64,000 nt of DNA, taken from an uncultured delta proteobacterium (lineage in GTDB: Bacteria > Desulfobacterota > Binatia > Bin18). Below, piece by piece: positions 53,408 to 63,981 of this stretch. The first letter of the stretch is position 1, and each line of letters starts with the position of its first letter. The stretch is taken from assembly GCA_963733195.1 (NCBI GenBank), contig CAVTCR010000010.1, positions 16,283 to 80,282 on the forward strand, written 5' to 3'. The translations under genes and the position numbers were made by a program. The notes beneath the pieces are model-generated. The model was not told the origin of the DNA. It worked only from the letters and a program-made list of their open reading frames with translations, and did not search any database.

Positions 53408-55009
53408 TTATAACTTCACAAACAAATCCTTCACTCCTTCGCTCGTCAATCGGGAGACGGTAGAAATCTTATCACTGAACTCTTTGAGTGTTCCGAACGA
53501 GCTTGAACCACCGACATCAATCAGAATTGAGAACAGTGAGAATCCCATCTCTTCTTTATCTACACGGAATTCTTCTGCCCATTCCGGCTTCACCTGGCAT
53601 TCGCCATCAGTGATAAAAACAATATCACCACGCTTGAAGCGTGATTGACGCAGACACTCGCGCGCCGCATTAAGCGGGGTCTCGAAATCCGTCCCACCAC
53701 CAGGGAAGTATTCAGCCAGCTCCATCACTTTGCTCATTTCGACTTCATAGCGCTCACGCGGGTTGAGATCGAAGACCTGTAATGGTGTATCTGCCGAGGA
53801 AAAACAAATTGTGCGAAATAAACGACGCTGCCGACGCGCAATTTCTAGGAGCGTCAATGTAAGCGCCTTGGCCCACACTTCCTTGTCGCCGGCCATCGAT
53901 GAACTACCATCAAGGCACACCACGACAGGGCCCTTCCCTTTCTCCTCAATGCCACGCAGCGAGTACAGTAACAGCTCATTATCGACAAACCGGCGAGTAA
54001 AATCTTTGCGAAGGATCGGATGCCGCAGTGTCACCAACTCATGTGGAAGCAGACGACTTACTTCTGCACCGACACCGACCTCGAAAAGCTCTTCATCAGT
54101 TCGCTCAAAAATTTTGCGGCGCAGCGCGAGTGCATACTCTCTCATGCGGCCCACCATCTTCGCGAGTTTTTTGAGTTTTTCGTTACCAGCAAGATGCTTA
54201 CCCAACTCAATTTGCCGCCCAGGAGAAGATTTGTGACCGCCGCCCAGTGCCACTCCCCAGGATTCAGCTTCCTGGGCTGCATCATCAAGATCTTGGGTGA
54301 CCTTGATTGCTTCTTTGCGGAAGCGAGTTTCTGCTTCCTGCTGCGCCCGCGACAGATCTTCTTGGAGTTGTTTGGCTTGTTGTCGTAAACGTGCTTCCTC
54401 GGCTCTCGCTTCGCTGGCTAGCTTATTCGCAGCTTGCTCCAACAGTTCCTTTGCTTCTTTCGACAGCTCTCCCTGTTCCGCCAGTTCTTTACTCAATTCC
54501 TTTGCGTTGTTCGCTTCATCGATTTTCTCTTGCACGATCTCTTCTTGTTTTTGCATGTTCCATAAATCGAGAAGATCACGACGCGTAAGCGGCTTTTCCG
54601 TCTTTAGCAGTTTCAAAGCGCCTTCTCCGAGTAGCACAGTCGCCAGACCAGCTTTGCTTTCATCGAGAACGGTTGCTTCGCGGAGCAGTTGAGCAAGATC
54701 GCCCTGATGCAGCGCTGACAACAGCACGCGATTCAACGCCGCGCTCGGCAGTACTTCTGTATCTTTCAGGAAAAGCACGTTGAGTTTGAACAATGCACTA
54801 AACACATCTTGAAGAAGGGCATCGAAGCGTGGGGCTAGTGCGTTGCCACTTTCTTCCAATGCCCGAAGCGATGGCGATTCGTCACGTAATTTCTTGTACA
54901 CCGCACGATCGTACGAATCGTTCTCGATCCAACAGGTGTTCTGTGGAATCGGCGGCGGAGGAGGAAGAACGAACTGTGATTTCTTTTTTATTGGTACGCG
55001 ACGGGGCAT
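53408..55009 (-). CDS. VWA-domain protein (ViaA-like)
   Basis: DGSSSM MIDAS, GGGTDFE, FITDGE; downstream of MoxR ATPase. Confidence 0.85.
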   Translation of the reverse strand: MPRRVPIKKKSQFVLPPPPPIPQNTCWIENDSYDRAVYKKLRDESPSLRALEESGNALAPRFDALLQDVFSALFKLNVLFLKDTEVLPSAALNRVLLSALHQGDLAQLLREATVLDESKAGLATVLLGEGALKLLKTEKPLTRRDLLDLWNMQKQEEIVQEKIDEANNAKELSKELAEQGELSKEAKELLEQAANKLASEARAEEARLRQQAKQLQEDLSRAQQEAETRFRKEAIKVTQDLDDAAQEAESWGVALGGGHKSSPGRQIELGKHLAGNEKLKKLAKMVGRMREYALALRRKIFERTDEELFEVGVGAEVSRLLPHELVTLRHPILRKDFTRRFVDNELLLYSLRGIEEKGKGPVVVCLDGSSSMAGDKEVWAKALTLTLLEIARRQRRLFRTICFSSADTPLQVFDLNPRERYEVEMSKVMELAEYFPGGGTDFETPLNAARECLRQSRFKRGDIVFITDGECQVKPEWAEEFRVDKEEMGFSLFSILIDVGGSSSFGTLKEFSDKISTVSRLTSEGVKDLFVKL

Positions 55010-55096
55010 TGAGACTTCTATCACGTAAAACGTGATACGTAATCGTTCTCCCTTACGTCACGTTTCTCTTACGTTTTACGTTTCACGCTTTACGTT

Positions 55097-56215
55097 CTAG
55101 AACTTCGCCAACAACTGTTGCTGAATCGTCTGAATCTCGGTTTTGATGGTTTCCACTTTATCAAGGGGCCGACCGATTTCGCTCACTTTCTCACTGATTT
55201 CGTTCACCTTCGCCAAGATGTGACGAATCTTCGTATGTGCTTCGATTACAGCCCGTGCTTGCTGTTCTTTGCTGTCCCAGGTGCGCTCAGCATAGTCGCG
55301 CAGCTCGCGCGTTTGAAATAACAATTCCCGGACCTCATCTTCATACCCGTGAATCAAACCATGGATGACGTTATGCACTTCTACCTGTTCACCGGGGTCT
55401 TTCCACAACACGTGTTCAAGGAAGAACAGGTCAGATTCCGCCACACTTGATCGCCCGCTCAAATACGCCAATGCTTGTAGCAAGCTGAGGCTCTGACGAT
55501 AGCGACGGTCAGAGGCGACAATACTCTTCTTCTGTAGTTCACGACGAATATCTGCCATTCCTTGAAGCACCCGTGCTGGTATCGTGATGGATTGGGCCTC
55601 AGTTTGCATGTGCAGAAGTTCGTCGAGAGTTAGTGTCGTTCGCTCGGATGGCTCTTTCGCTTGCAGCATTTTCAGAAAGCGAAAATCCTCGCTGATATAG
55701 CTCACCACAAACCGCAACAAGAAGCGGTCATACAACGCTAACAACTCGTCATCTTCCGGCAACTCGTTGCTCGCACCAAAGAGTGAGAGCAACGGCACTG
55801 ATGTCACTTGGCGACCGTTATGAAACAGCCGCTCGTTGATAATCGTCAGAATCGCATTGAGAATTGACGAACTGGCTTTGAAGACTTCATCGAGAAAGGC
55901 GATATGGGCTTCGGGCAACTTGTGAGACGTGACACGACGATAATCGTCGGCTTCTAGCGCTTTCAAACTGACCGCGCCAAACAATTCTTCTGGCGTAGTG
56001 AATTTTGTCAGCAGCCACTGAAAATATGACGCACCCTCGATTCGACGACATAGCTCGTCGGCGAGCATAGACTTCGCCGTGCCTGGAGGTCCGACGATCA
56101 TCACGTGTTGCGCAGACAGCAGGGCGGCCAACGCACCATCGATCAACTCAGCCCGTTCGAGAAACATCTGCTGCAACTCCTCGCGGATTTTGCGCAGTTT
56201 GTTTTGTGGAGTCAT
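55097..56215 (-). CDS. MoxR-family AAA+ ATPase (RavA-like)
   Basis: GPPGTAKS, FLDEVFKA, ASNELP, ALYDRF, SDRR. Confidence 0.88.
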   Translation of the reverse strand: MTPQNKLRKIREELQQMFLERAELIDGALAALLSAQHVMIVGPPGTAKSMLADELCRRIEGASYFQWLLTKFTTPEELFGAVSLKALEADDYRRVTSHKLPEAHIAFLDEVFKASSSILNAILTIINERLFHNGRQVTSVPLLSLFGASNELPEDDELLALYDRFLLRFVVSYISEDFRFLKMLQAKEPSERTTLTLDELLHMQTEAQSITIPARVLQGMADIRRELQKKSIVASDRRYRQSLSLLQALAYLSGRSSVAESDLFFLEHVLWKDPGEQVEVHNVIHGLIHGYEDEVRELLFQTRELRDYAERTWDSKEQQARAVIEAHTKIRHILAKVNEISEKVSEIGRPLDKVETIKTEIQTIQQQLLAKF

Positions 56216-56482
56216 GTTGCTCTGGCTTAGCAGATTGGCACGGGAGGAACAATGAAGGAGAAATCAACAGAAGGAGGGAAAAGGGGAAAGGAAAAACAAA
56301 AGTAGGAGATCTCTCATCCTCTTCGTCTTTTGTCCTTTTTATCTTTTACCTTTTTTTATTCTCCCCGTTTCCCCTTTTGCCCATTTCCCCATTTCGCCCT
56401 TTTCGTTGACGCCACTAGCTTCCAGATGGCTGAGTAGTTTATAAAAACGGCAGCAACGAATCGATAAAAGGAGGAGAGAGTC

Positions 56483-57694
56483 ATGGCCGGAGCACTCGAC
56501 GGAATCAAAGTTCTTGAACTCACTCGCGTAGGACCTGGTGCGTTTTGCACGATGATGTTGGCAGACATGGGCGCTGAAGTCCTGAAGATTGAAGCCCCGC
56601 CGTCAGACAAACTCGCAGGTTCGGGCGCCTCTCCTGGGCCAAAAGATGCGAAGAAGCTGGCAACGAGTTTCACTAACCGCAACAAGAAAAGTTTGACCCT
56701 CAACCTCAAAGATCCAGCCGGACAAGCTGTGCTGCAGGACCTGGCTAAGAGTTACGACGTATTAGTCGAAGGTTATCGTCCAGGGGTGATGAAACGACTC
56801 GGCGGTGACTACGACACCTTGAAGAAGCTCAATCCCCGTCTGATTTATTGTGCGCTGAGTGGCTTCGGCCAAGACGGTCCCTATCGCGATTATCCTGCTC
56901 ATGATTTGAACTACTTGTCTCTCGCCGGAGTAGCCGACTTGATCGGTCCAACCGAAGGACCTCCTTCGATTCCGCTTAACATCATCGCCGATTATGCAGG
57001 CGCATCGATGCACGGTGTCACTGGGATCATGTTCGCGCTATTCGCCCGCGAACGCACCGGCAAAGGACAGTTTGTTGATATTTCTTATCTCGACACGACA
57101 CTCTCACTGCTGGCCGCGACACCAAATGTGAGAGATTATTTTGCTGATGATGTGATGCCTGGTCGTGGTAATGGTGTGTTTGGTGGCGGCCACGCCTACT
57201 ACAGCTTTTATAACACCAAAGATGGCAAGATGATTACCATCGGCTGCACCGAACCGTGGTTGTTCGAGAACCTGTGCGATGCACTGAATCGACCAGACTT
57301 GAAAGATTGCGCGATGAAAGCCGGCGATTTTTCTGGCCCTCCGCATGAACGTCATGTCCATGCCCGCGCTGAGTTACAGAAAATCTTCCTCACCAAGACG
57401 CGAGAAGAGTGGTTTGAGTTTCTGACCAAAGCTGATGTTTGTGTCGGCAAGGTTTATAGCGTACCTGAAGCGTTTAATGATCCGCAGATTCGTCACCGCC
57501 AAATGGCAGTCGAACTTGATCATCCTGTAGCTGGGAAAGTGATCCAAGCCGGAGTCGCGGTGAAACTCTCTGATACACCGGGTTCTATTCGTTCCTTTGC
57601 TCCTGCTATTGGCGAGCATTCTGACGAAGTCTTACGTGGCTTGGGCTACAGCGCAGCGAAAATTGCCGAGCTGCGGGAAAAACGTGTCGTCTAA
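56483..57694 (+). CDS. CaiB/BaiF CoA-transferase (AMACR-like)
   Basis: GPGAF, NRNKKS, RPGV, HDLNY, IADYAG. Confidence 0.92.
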   Translation: MAGALDGIKVLELTRVGPGAFCTMMLADMGAEVLKIEAPPSDKLAGSGASPGPKDAKKLATSFTNRNKKSLTLNLKDPAGQAVLQDLAKSYDVLVEGYRPGVMKRLGGDYDTLKKLNPRLIYCALSGFGQDGPYRDYPAHDLNYLSLAGVADLIGPTEGPPSIPLNIIADYAGASMHGVTGIMFALFARERTGKGQFVDISYLDTTLSLLAATPNVRDYFADDVMPGRGNGVFGGGHAYYSFYNTKDGKMITIGCTEPWLFENLCDALNRPDLKDCAMKAGDFSGPPHERHVHARAELQKIFLTKTREEWFEFLTKADVCVGKVYSVPEAFNDPQIRHRQMAVELDHPVAGKVIQAGVAVKLSDTPGSIRSFAPAIGEHSDEVLRGLGYSAAKIAELREKRVV

Positions 57695-57792
57695 GAAGAA
57701 TCAGGTGTAAGGGGTCGGGGATCAGTCAAGAGTTGACGTTCTTCTTTCTTCTCCCCCAACCCCTAGTCCCCAGCCCCTAACCCCTTTCTCCT

Positions 57793-59151
57793 ATGCGTTT
57801 AAGTTTCGACCTTGGTACCCTCGTCCTACATGACCCACCTCCCGGATTCCAACCGCCTTCTCACTTTCAGTGGGATGGTCGTGTCGATCGTTGGCGCACG
57901 CAAGCACATTATTACCGCGCAACAATCGAACAGTTCAAGCAAGATAAAGTAAGATACGACAACACTGCTCCTGCCTATCGCACGCTCAAGCTTTCTAGTC
58001 GCTTGACCCAGGCTCCACATCCTTTTCAAATCGAAGCCCTCGCCGCTTGGAAAAGCGCTGATCGTCGTGGGGTCGTTGTGCTCCCAACCGGGGCGGGCAA
58101 AAGTTACGTCGGTCAGATGGTTATCGAAACTGTACAACGCGGCACACTCGTCGTCGCACCAACGATTGATCTGATGAATCAATGGTATGACCTGTTGTGC
58201 GCCGCGTTCGGTGAACAGATAGGTTTGATTGGTGGCGGGTATTACGAAATCCAGGACCTCACTGTCACAACCTATGACAGTGCGTACAATCACATGGATC
58301 GCCTTGGTAATCGTTGGGGCTTGGTGATCTTCGACGAATGTCATCATCTACCGGGTGAGATGTTCAGTCATGCCGCTGAGATGTGTCTGGCCCCGTATCG
58401 CCTCGGATTGACTGCCACACCGGAACGTTCAGATGGACGACACACGCTACTAGACGATCTCATCGGCCCACAGGTGTACACAAAAGGGATCAAAGAGTTA
58501 GCTGGTGACTATCTGGCTGATTATGTGGTTGAGCGGATCAAAGTAACATTAACGCCGGAAGAAGAAGAAGAGTACCGCCGTTCCCGCAGTACGTTCTCTA
58601 ATTTTCTCATCGACCACGGCATTGTGTTGGATGGCTTAGCCGGCTGGCATCGCTTCGTGCGTGAAAGTGCGATCAGTCGTAAAGGCCGCCAAGCCATGCT
58701 CGCACATCAGCGCTCAAAGAAACTAGCGCTCGGCACTTCAGCGAAATTGCGCACGCTTGATTTTCTTTTGAAGAAGCATGCACGCGAACGGACAATCATC
58801 TTTACTAGTGACAACGATACCGTCTACGCAATCTCTGCGGCGTTTCTGATTCCTGCTATCACCCATCAAACACCGACTAAAGAACGTAAAGCCATTCTCG
58901 AAAGCTTCAATCGGGGCGATTATCTTGCGCTAGCAACTTCAAAGGTACTGAACGAAGGGGTAAATGTTCCGGAGGCGAGCGTAGCCGTGATCCTCTCTGG
59001 CTCGGGGTCAACTCGTGAACACGTACAACGTTTAGGCCGTGTGCTACGTAAACGCGAAGGCAAACAAGCAATTCTCTATGAAGTCATCACCGCTGGTACC
59101 GTTGAAGAAAACATCAGCAAACGGCGGCGGCAGCATGATGCCTATCAGTGA
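57793..59151 (+). CDS. XPB/Rad25-like SF2 helicase
   Basis: LPTGAGKS, DECHH, LTATP, LNEGVNVP, QRLGRVLR. Confidence 0.9.
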   Translation: MRLSFDLGTLVLHDPPPGFQPPSHFQWDGRVDRWRTQAHYYRATIEQFKQDKVRYDNTAPAYRTLKLSSRLTQAPHPFQIEALAAWKSADRRGVVVLPTGAGKSYVGQMVIETVQRGTLVVAPTIDLMNQWYDLLCAAFGEQIGLIGGGYYEIQDLTVTTYDSAYNHMDRLGNRWGLVIFDECHHLPGEMFSHAAEMCLAPYRLGLTATPERSDGRHTLLDDLIGPQVYTKGIKELAGDYLADYVVERIKVTLTPEEEEEYRRSRSTFSNFLIDHGIVLDGLAGWHRFVRESAISRKGRQAMLAHQRSKKLALGTSAKLRTLDFLLKKHARERTIIFTSDNDTVYAISAAFLIPAITHQTPTKERKAILESFNRGDYLALATSKVLNEGVNVPEASVAVILSGSGSTREHVQRLGRVLRKREGKQAILYEVITAGTVEENISKRRRQHDAYQ

Positions 59152-60176
59152 TTCCTCAAGGCCATCTCCTTTGCTCGCCCAAAGAGGAACGGCACCGATG
59201 GGGCAATATTTTCCCACTCTGGATCATGGCGTTTGCCCCGGCGATGAAGCATCACGTTGAAGCAACTGATCGCGCCGAAGCGATACCCTGCCAGCGCACG
59301 AAACCAGGAAACATTCTTCAGTTTGCGCCGCATCCCCTCTTCATACCAAGTAGCGATCTGTTCAGCAGACGGGGCAGACGAGATCGGAGAGCACACTCCA
59401 GTCCAACTTCCTGGATCGGCAAAGACAATCAGCCAGCCGAGATCAAGGAGTTGTCCGCCGATGCCAGAGATCTCCCAATCCAAGACGGCATTTAGAGTGT
59501 CCCCATCAAATAGAAAGTTAGATCCTTGAAAGTCACCATGAAACAGACCGATCGGCGTATCTTGTGGAATGCTTTGTAACAGCAATTCTCGTACTTCCTC
59601 TCCTTGCTGAATCCAGCCTGGTTCTGCTCCCTTGGACAGAATGGGGTCCCAGAAACGAATCTCAGCGTCGAGCGCACGCGGCGCTTCCCACCCGGCGAGG
59701 TCTTTCTGCCAGTTGAGCTGATGAGTCTGCACGAGCGCATGAACAATCTGACGAAACCGAGGTGCAACTGCTTGCGGACTCAGATCAAAAGAAGGATCAG
59801 TTTCGGAAAACCGGAACGTCCGCCCAGGCAGGCGCTCGACCATCATGTAGGGCACTTCGAACCAGCGGAGGTCATTACCAGACCAGCGTACAGTTGGCAC
59901 CAGCACTCCATGTCGTTTGAGGGCTTGGAGGAGTGGGACTTGTCGCAACACATCGGTATTCCCACTCTGCCGCACCCCCTTGGGCGGCATGCGCACGACT
60001 AGTGACTCGTTCTTCGCTTGTCCTGCTTCCTGATAGTCAACGCGAAAGCCAAAGCTCAGCCCCGCATGTCCAGGCATCACTTCTACCTGACTGACCACCG
60101 CTTCCTTGCCATAGTGGACAAGTGAAAATTCTTGCAATTGACGTTGAAGAGTCGCGAGTTCCACAGCCATCAGCAC
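59145..60176 (-). CDS. APH/ACAD10-like phosphotransferase family protein
   Basis: LVVRMPP, HGDFQGSN, LDWE. Confidence 0.88.
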   Translation of the reverse strand: MLMAVELATLQRQLQEFSLVHYGKEAVVSQVEVMPGHAGLSFGFRVDYQEAGQAKNESLVVRMPPKGVRQSGNTDVLRQVPLLQALKRHGVLVPTVRWSGNDLRWFEVPYMMVERLPGRTFRFSETDPSFDLSPQAVAPRFRQIVHALVQTHQLNWQKDLAGWEAPRALDAEIRFWDPILSKGAEPGWIQQGEEVRELLLQSIPQDTPIGLFHGDFQGSNFLFDGDTLNAVLDWEISGIGGQLLDLGWLIVFADPGSWTGVCSPISSAPSAEQIATWYEEGMRRKLKNVSWFRALAGYRFGAISCFNVMLHRRGKRHDPEWENIAPSVPFLFGRAKEMALRNH

Positions 60177-60270
60177 GTCTCCTGTTCGGTCAATACCCTA
60201 AGCCCCAGACCATAGCGCAACGGACCTCATTCTAAAAGAGAGAAGACGCCAAACACCACACCGGAAAGGC

Positions 60271-62043
60271 TTACTCCAGGTCGAACAGATCCTCTCGCTT
60301 GGATTGTGGTGCGGCTTTCTGTATCACAGAAGACTGTGGCGTAGGCTTGGGCTTTTGCAATAGTTGCGATTTGCTACGTTGCTGGGACGAAGTCTGAGTA
60401 CTCACTTGGTGTTTTTTTGGCAACCGTGCTCGTCGTCCTTTCCGCCGTTTCCGTTTTCGCGGCAAGTTACCATCTGCCAATTCCGGCTTGCGTAGTAACT
60501 GCGCTTGCAGTCCCTGTGCAAGCGCTTGGGCCAAACGCTCAGCCGATGGTGCTCCAACCGCTGGAATTCCTTCGGCAACAAACGCAGGAGGAGCGTCAAA
60601 CCCAAGTTCCCGAGCATTCGCTGTATCGTGTTCAATCGCTTTGTAAACATCGGTTCCTAAGCATTCAAGGAACTCTAGTCTTTTCTTGACGCGCAGCCTG
60701 TGAACAAGCTGTGGCAGTTCACTTTCCTTATACCAATGCTGACCAAAGGACGGTGGCTCACGTGTCAGCAACTCCTGACGCATGCGAGGAAAGACTCCCC
60801 ATTGCGCTGCACATCGTGTGAAGTACGCCGCTTCAGTGGCAACAGGATCATACCCAGGAATGAAGTCGTGGAAAATGACGCGTACCTGCTTGTCCTGTGC
60901 CAGCAGAGTATCGATCTCTTGTTGGGCAGCACGACAGGAGGGACATCGATAGTTGGTATAGACCACAAGCCGTTTCCCTTTTTTCGCTCCCAGCACCACG
61001 ACTCCGGTATCCACAACCGGAAGGCGTGGAATGGGCGGTGGCTTGAGCAGTATCTCTATAGGACTGCTGTCGCGCAATTTTTTCAGCAACCTTTGCCGAC
61101 GATCGTAGGCTTTGCGGAACTCTAAGTAGACGTGAGCTCGCTCAGCCGTTGGCGCTGGTCGCCCGGCTTCTTGCTCTGCTGTAGTAAACGCCTGGATCTC
61201 TGTTTCACTTACAGATTCCTTCGCTGACAATTCGGCTAACAGCGCCTCGGTTGTCATACTACGTCGTCGGGCTTCGTTGCCTAATAAAGCATTTTCAATG
61301 GCAGATTCTAGACTGCGCCGCCGTTCGCGATATATTTCCCCGCGTAGTTGATAGAGTCGCCACGCAGCGGCCTGTTCAAATTCGACCGCACGAATCCAGG
61401 TGTTATCAACTTGCGCAATCTGCCGCTCCTGTGTCATCGGAAACTCCAGCTCCTGTGGGCGTGGGAAAGATAAGCGAATCATATGTCCCTGTCGGAGGCG
61501 TTGGCGCATTTGCGCGTCTGCAGCTTCACGCGCTTTTTGTTCGAGATAGTAGCGAAGAAGGGCAGTCTGTTCATCTGACTCACTTGCAACTCCCTCAACG
61601 GAGCGCCTCCCTATTACATCCTTTTCGGGTGTCGCTCGATAGGAACGGACTTCTTCATCCGCCACTGATGGCGTAGCCGGTAGTTGAGACAACTCCTCGG
61701 ACGGTTCTGGTACTGTTAAGGATCGCAGCCGTTCATCGATCAGACGGTCCACAGTCCGGGCTAGGAGTGCACCGAGCTCGTCGCGAATCTTGGAAAGCTG
61801 TGCGGTCGACAGTTCGTCGATCTCACGCATGAAGATCGGTTGACCGTCTACCATTGCCACAATGTCAGTAGGAGCAGCAAAGCTTAATTTTGTGACAGCA
61901 ACGGGAAGGAGGAACACGAGTAGATAAACGCTCCGCCCTCCAGGACACCACCTGCGCCTTGGCCAGTAGTACCAATAGTGCGTCCGCGATCGAGTGTTGG
62001 TGCGACTCACAGGGAAACGTTGATACCTCAAGTCCTTGTTCAT
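60271..62043 (-). CDS. DsbA/thioredoxin-like protein with duplicated SurA-N-like segments
   Basis: CPSC, FHDF, APPAF; repeated 'IVAMVDGQPI/IAQVDNTWI' helical modules. Confidence 0.72.
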   Translation of the reverse strand: MNKDLRYQRFPVSRTNTRSRTHYWYYWPRRRWCPGGRSVYLLVFLLPVAVTKLSFAAPTDIVAMVDGQPIFMREIDELSTAQLSKIRDELGALLARTVDRLIDERLRSLTVPEPSEELSQLPATPSVADEEVRSYRATPEKDVIGRRSVEGVASESDEQTALLRYYLEQKAREAADAQMRQRLRQGHMIRLSFPRPQELEFPMTQERQIAQVDNTWIRAVEFEQAAAWRLYQLRGEIYRERRRSLESAIENALLGNEARRRSMTTEALLAELSAKESVSETEIQAFTTAEQEAGRPAPTAERAHVYLEFRKAYDRRQRLLKKLRDSSPIEILLKPPPIPRLPVVDTGVVVLGAKKGKRLVVYTNYRCPSCRAAQQEIDTLLAQDKQVRVIFHDFIPGYDPVATEAAYFTRCAAQWGVFPRMRQELLTREPPSFGQHWYKESELPQLVHRLRVKKRLEFLECLGTDVYKAIEHDTANARELGFDAPPAFVAEGIPAVGAPSAERLAQALAQGLQAQLLRKPELADGNLPRKRKRRKGRRARLPKKHQVSTQTSSQQRSKSQLLQKPKPTPQSSVIQKAAPQSKREDLFDLE

Positions 62044-62155
62044 TGAGGAAAATCAGGGTGTCGTCAAGGACTATTCAGGAAGGCGCTTGCTCTGAGGGGC
62101 AAAAACCTCCACACTTGGGAAGGTGTCGACGTTACTCCCGCAAGGAGGTCCCGCG

Positions 62156-62590
62156 ATGAAACGCAGCTTCAAAACCATCCGCGTCCGCGAGGTCATGACA
62201 ACCACGCTCGTTACCGTCAGTCCCGAAGATTCGCTGCAGCACGCCCTCGCTCTCCTGAAAAAGCATGACGTGCATGAGCTGCCAGTGGTTGCCCCTCAAG
62301 GCCATCTGATTGGCATTGTGACTGCTGGCGATCTCAAACTGATGACACCGGTGTATCCATTGTTCCCTGCCCAAGAGGAGATTCGCCAAACCCTGCGGGA
62401 GCTGAAAGTAGCAGCGGCAATGACATTTGAGCCGGTCGTTATTAGTCCTGATGCAACACTCCTGGACGCAACGAAACAACTCTTTGAGCGTCGTATTGGT
62501 TCGCTCCTGGTCGCCGAAGAAGAGAAACTCTTAGGAATTCTCTCTACAAGTGATATTTTACGGATCGTGATTGAGCAGCAGGAAGCATAG
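62156..62590 (+). CDS. CBS domain pair protein
   Basis: VREVMT, LPVV, GIVTAGDL, GILSTSDI; AGGAGG RBS. Confidence 0.9.
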   Translation: MKRSFKTIRVREVMTTTLVTVSPEDSLQHALALLKKHDVHELPVVAPQGHLIGIVTAGDLKLMTPVYPLFPAQEEIRQTLRELKVAAAMTFEPVVISPDATLLDATKQLFERRIGSLLVAEEEKLLGILSTSDILRIVIEQQEA

Positions 62591-62748
62591 CGATCAACGA
62601 TGAATGCTAAACGATGAATGATGAATTAAAAAAGAAGGCTATCAGTCACAGGCTTGAGGGGTCTCCCTTCCCTGGAGCCTAAAGCCTACAGCCTCGTTTC
62701 TCGTTCATCATTCTGCATACTGCGTTCATCATTTTTGTCAAGGAAGAA

Positions 62749-63981
62749 ATGCTTACCTCCGACCTTCTCCAAACACGCAACGAAGGCCCGTACCTCTACC
62801 CACGGTACATCAAGATCGATGCTCAACGGTTCATCACGATGGCCGAAGAGTTGGTCGCTATCTACGCCGAACATGAAGGAAAAACGCGCCGTGAGCTGAC
62901 CGACGCACTCGACCGTTATGCAGATGACAGTACGGAGTATCGGATTCAGCGCGGCCTGGCCAAGCTCCTGAGCGACGATCGCTGTGAGTTCATAGAGCGA
63001 ACCATCGCTCCTTCTGCAGAGATTCGGCAACGATTGTTTGCCCTGGCGCGCGAAAATCACCCGGTCGTTCTCCACCCTGACCTTATCCACCCTGTCACCA
63101 AAGATGACCTCCTGGCCGAAGTCGCTCGCGAGTATAAAACCGACCCTGAACAAGTCGCGTGGGCGTTGTACGCAGACCTGACTGAGAACCACATCCTCAC
63201 TCGCTTCGATGCCCCAACCCCCGAGTGGTTGTTGCAGCGCTACAACGTTGCCTTGGCACAGGCACTGCTGTATCGCTGCATTCACATGAAGTTATCAGTA
63301 TTTCGTAACATCCCCAGCCGCTACAAACAGTTGTTCAAGTTCATCAAGTTCTACCAGTTGATGCACACGATCCAGGGCGACCTCGATAGCGGCTACGAAA
63401 TCCTTCTCGATGGACCAGTCAGTATGTTTCGCCTCTCGCAGAAATACGGCCTCCAGCTTGCCGTGTTCTTACCCGCGCTCCTGCTCTGCACCCGCTGGAA
63501 AATGGAAGCTGAGATTGTCATGGCTGACGGTTCGCATCGTTTTTTTCCGCTCGACGAAAGCGCTAGTCTGGTTTCGCATTATAAGGACAGCACAATGTAC
63601 GACTCGCTGCTCGAACGCACCTTTGCCGAACGCTTTGCCGAAGTTGATAGCGGGTGGCAGATTGAACGGGAAGTCGCGATTATCAACTTGAAAGAGACAG
63701 TTTTTATCCCGGATTTCGCCTTCCGTCATACCGATGGACGTACCGCACTGTTAGAGATTGTCGGCTTCTGGCGGCCAGATTATCTGGAAAAGAAAATCAT
63801 GAAACTCAAACGCTCTGGTCGTTCGGATATGGTTGTCGCCGTCTCTGCGAGCCTGAACGTCGGTGAAGAAGATTTTAAGGATGTGCCGGGAAGCGTGTTC
63901 TTTTTCAAAAATCGGATCAATCCACAGGAAGTCATTGCACGTCTTGAGCAGGTCGGGCGGGATGCGACACTAGAAACGTAA
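62749..63981 (+). CDS. DUF790 family (Bax1-like) endonuclease
   Basis: MLTSDLL, RYNVALAQ, DGP..KYG, YDSLLE, IPDF, EIVGFWRPDYL. Confidence 0.87.
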   Translation: MLTSDLLQTRNEGPYLYPRYIKIDAQRFITMAEELVAIYAEHEGKTRRELTDALDRYADDSTEYRIQRGLAKLLSDDRCEFIERTIAPSAEIRQRLFALARENHPVVLHPDLIHPVTKDDLLAEVAREYKTDPEQVAWALYADLTENHILTRFDAPTPEWLLQRYNVALAQALLYRCIHMKLSVFRNIPSRYKQLFKFIKFYQLMHTIQGDLDSGYEILLDGPVSMFRLSQKYGLQLAVFLPALLLCTRWKMEAEIVMADGSHRFFPLDESASLVSHYKDSTMYDSLLERTFAERFAEVDSGWQIEREVAIINLKETVFIPDFAFRHTDGRTALLEIVGFWRPDYLEKKIMKLKRSGRSDMVVAVSASLNVGEEDFKDVPGSVFFFKNRINPQEVIARLEQVGRDATLET

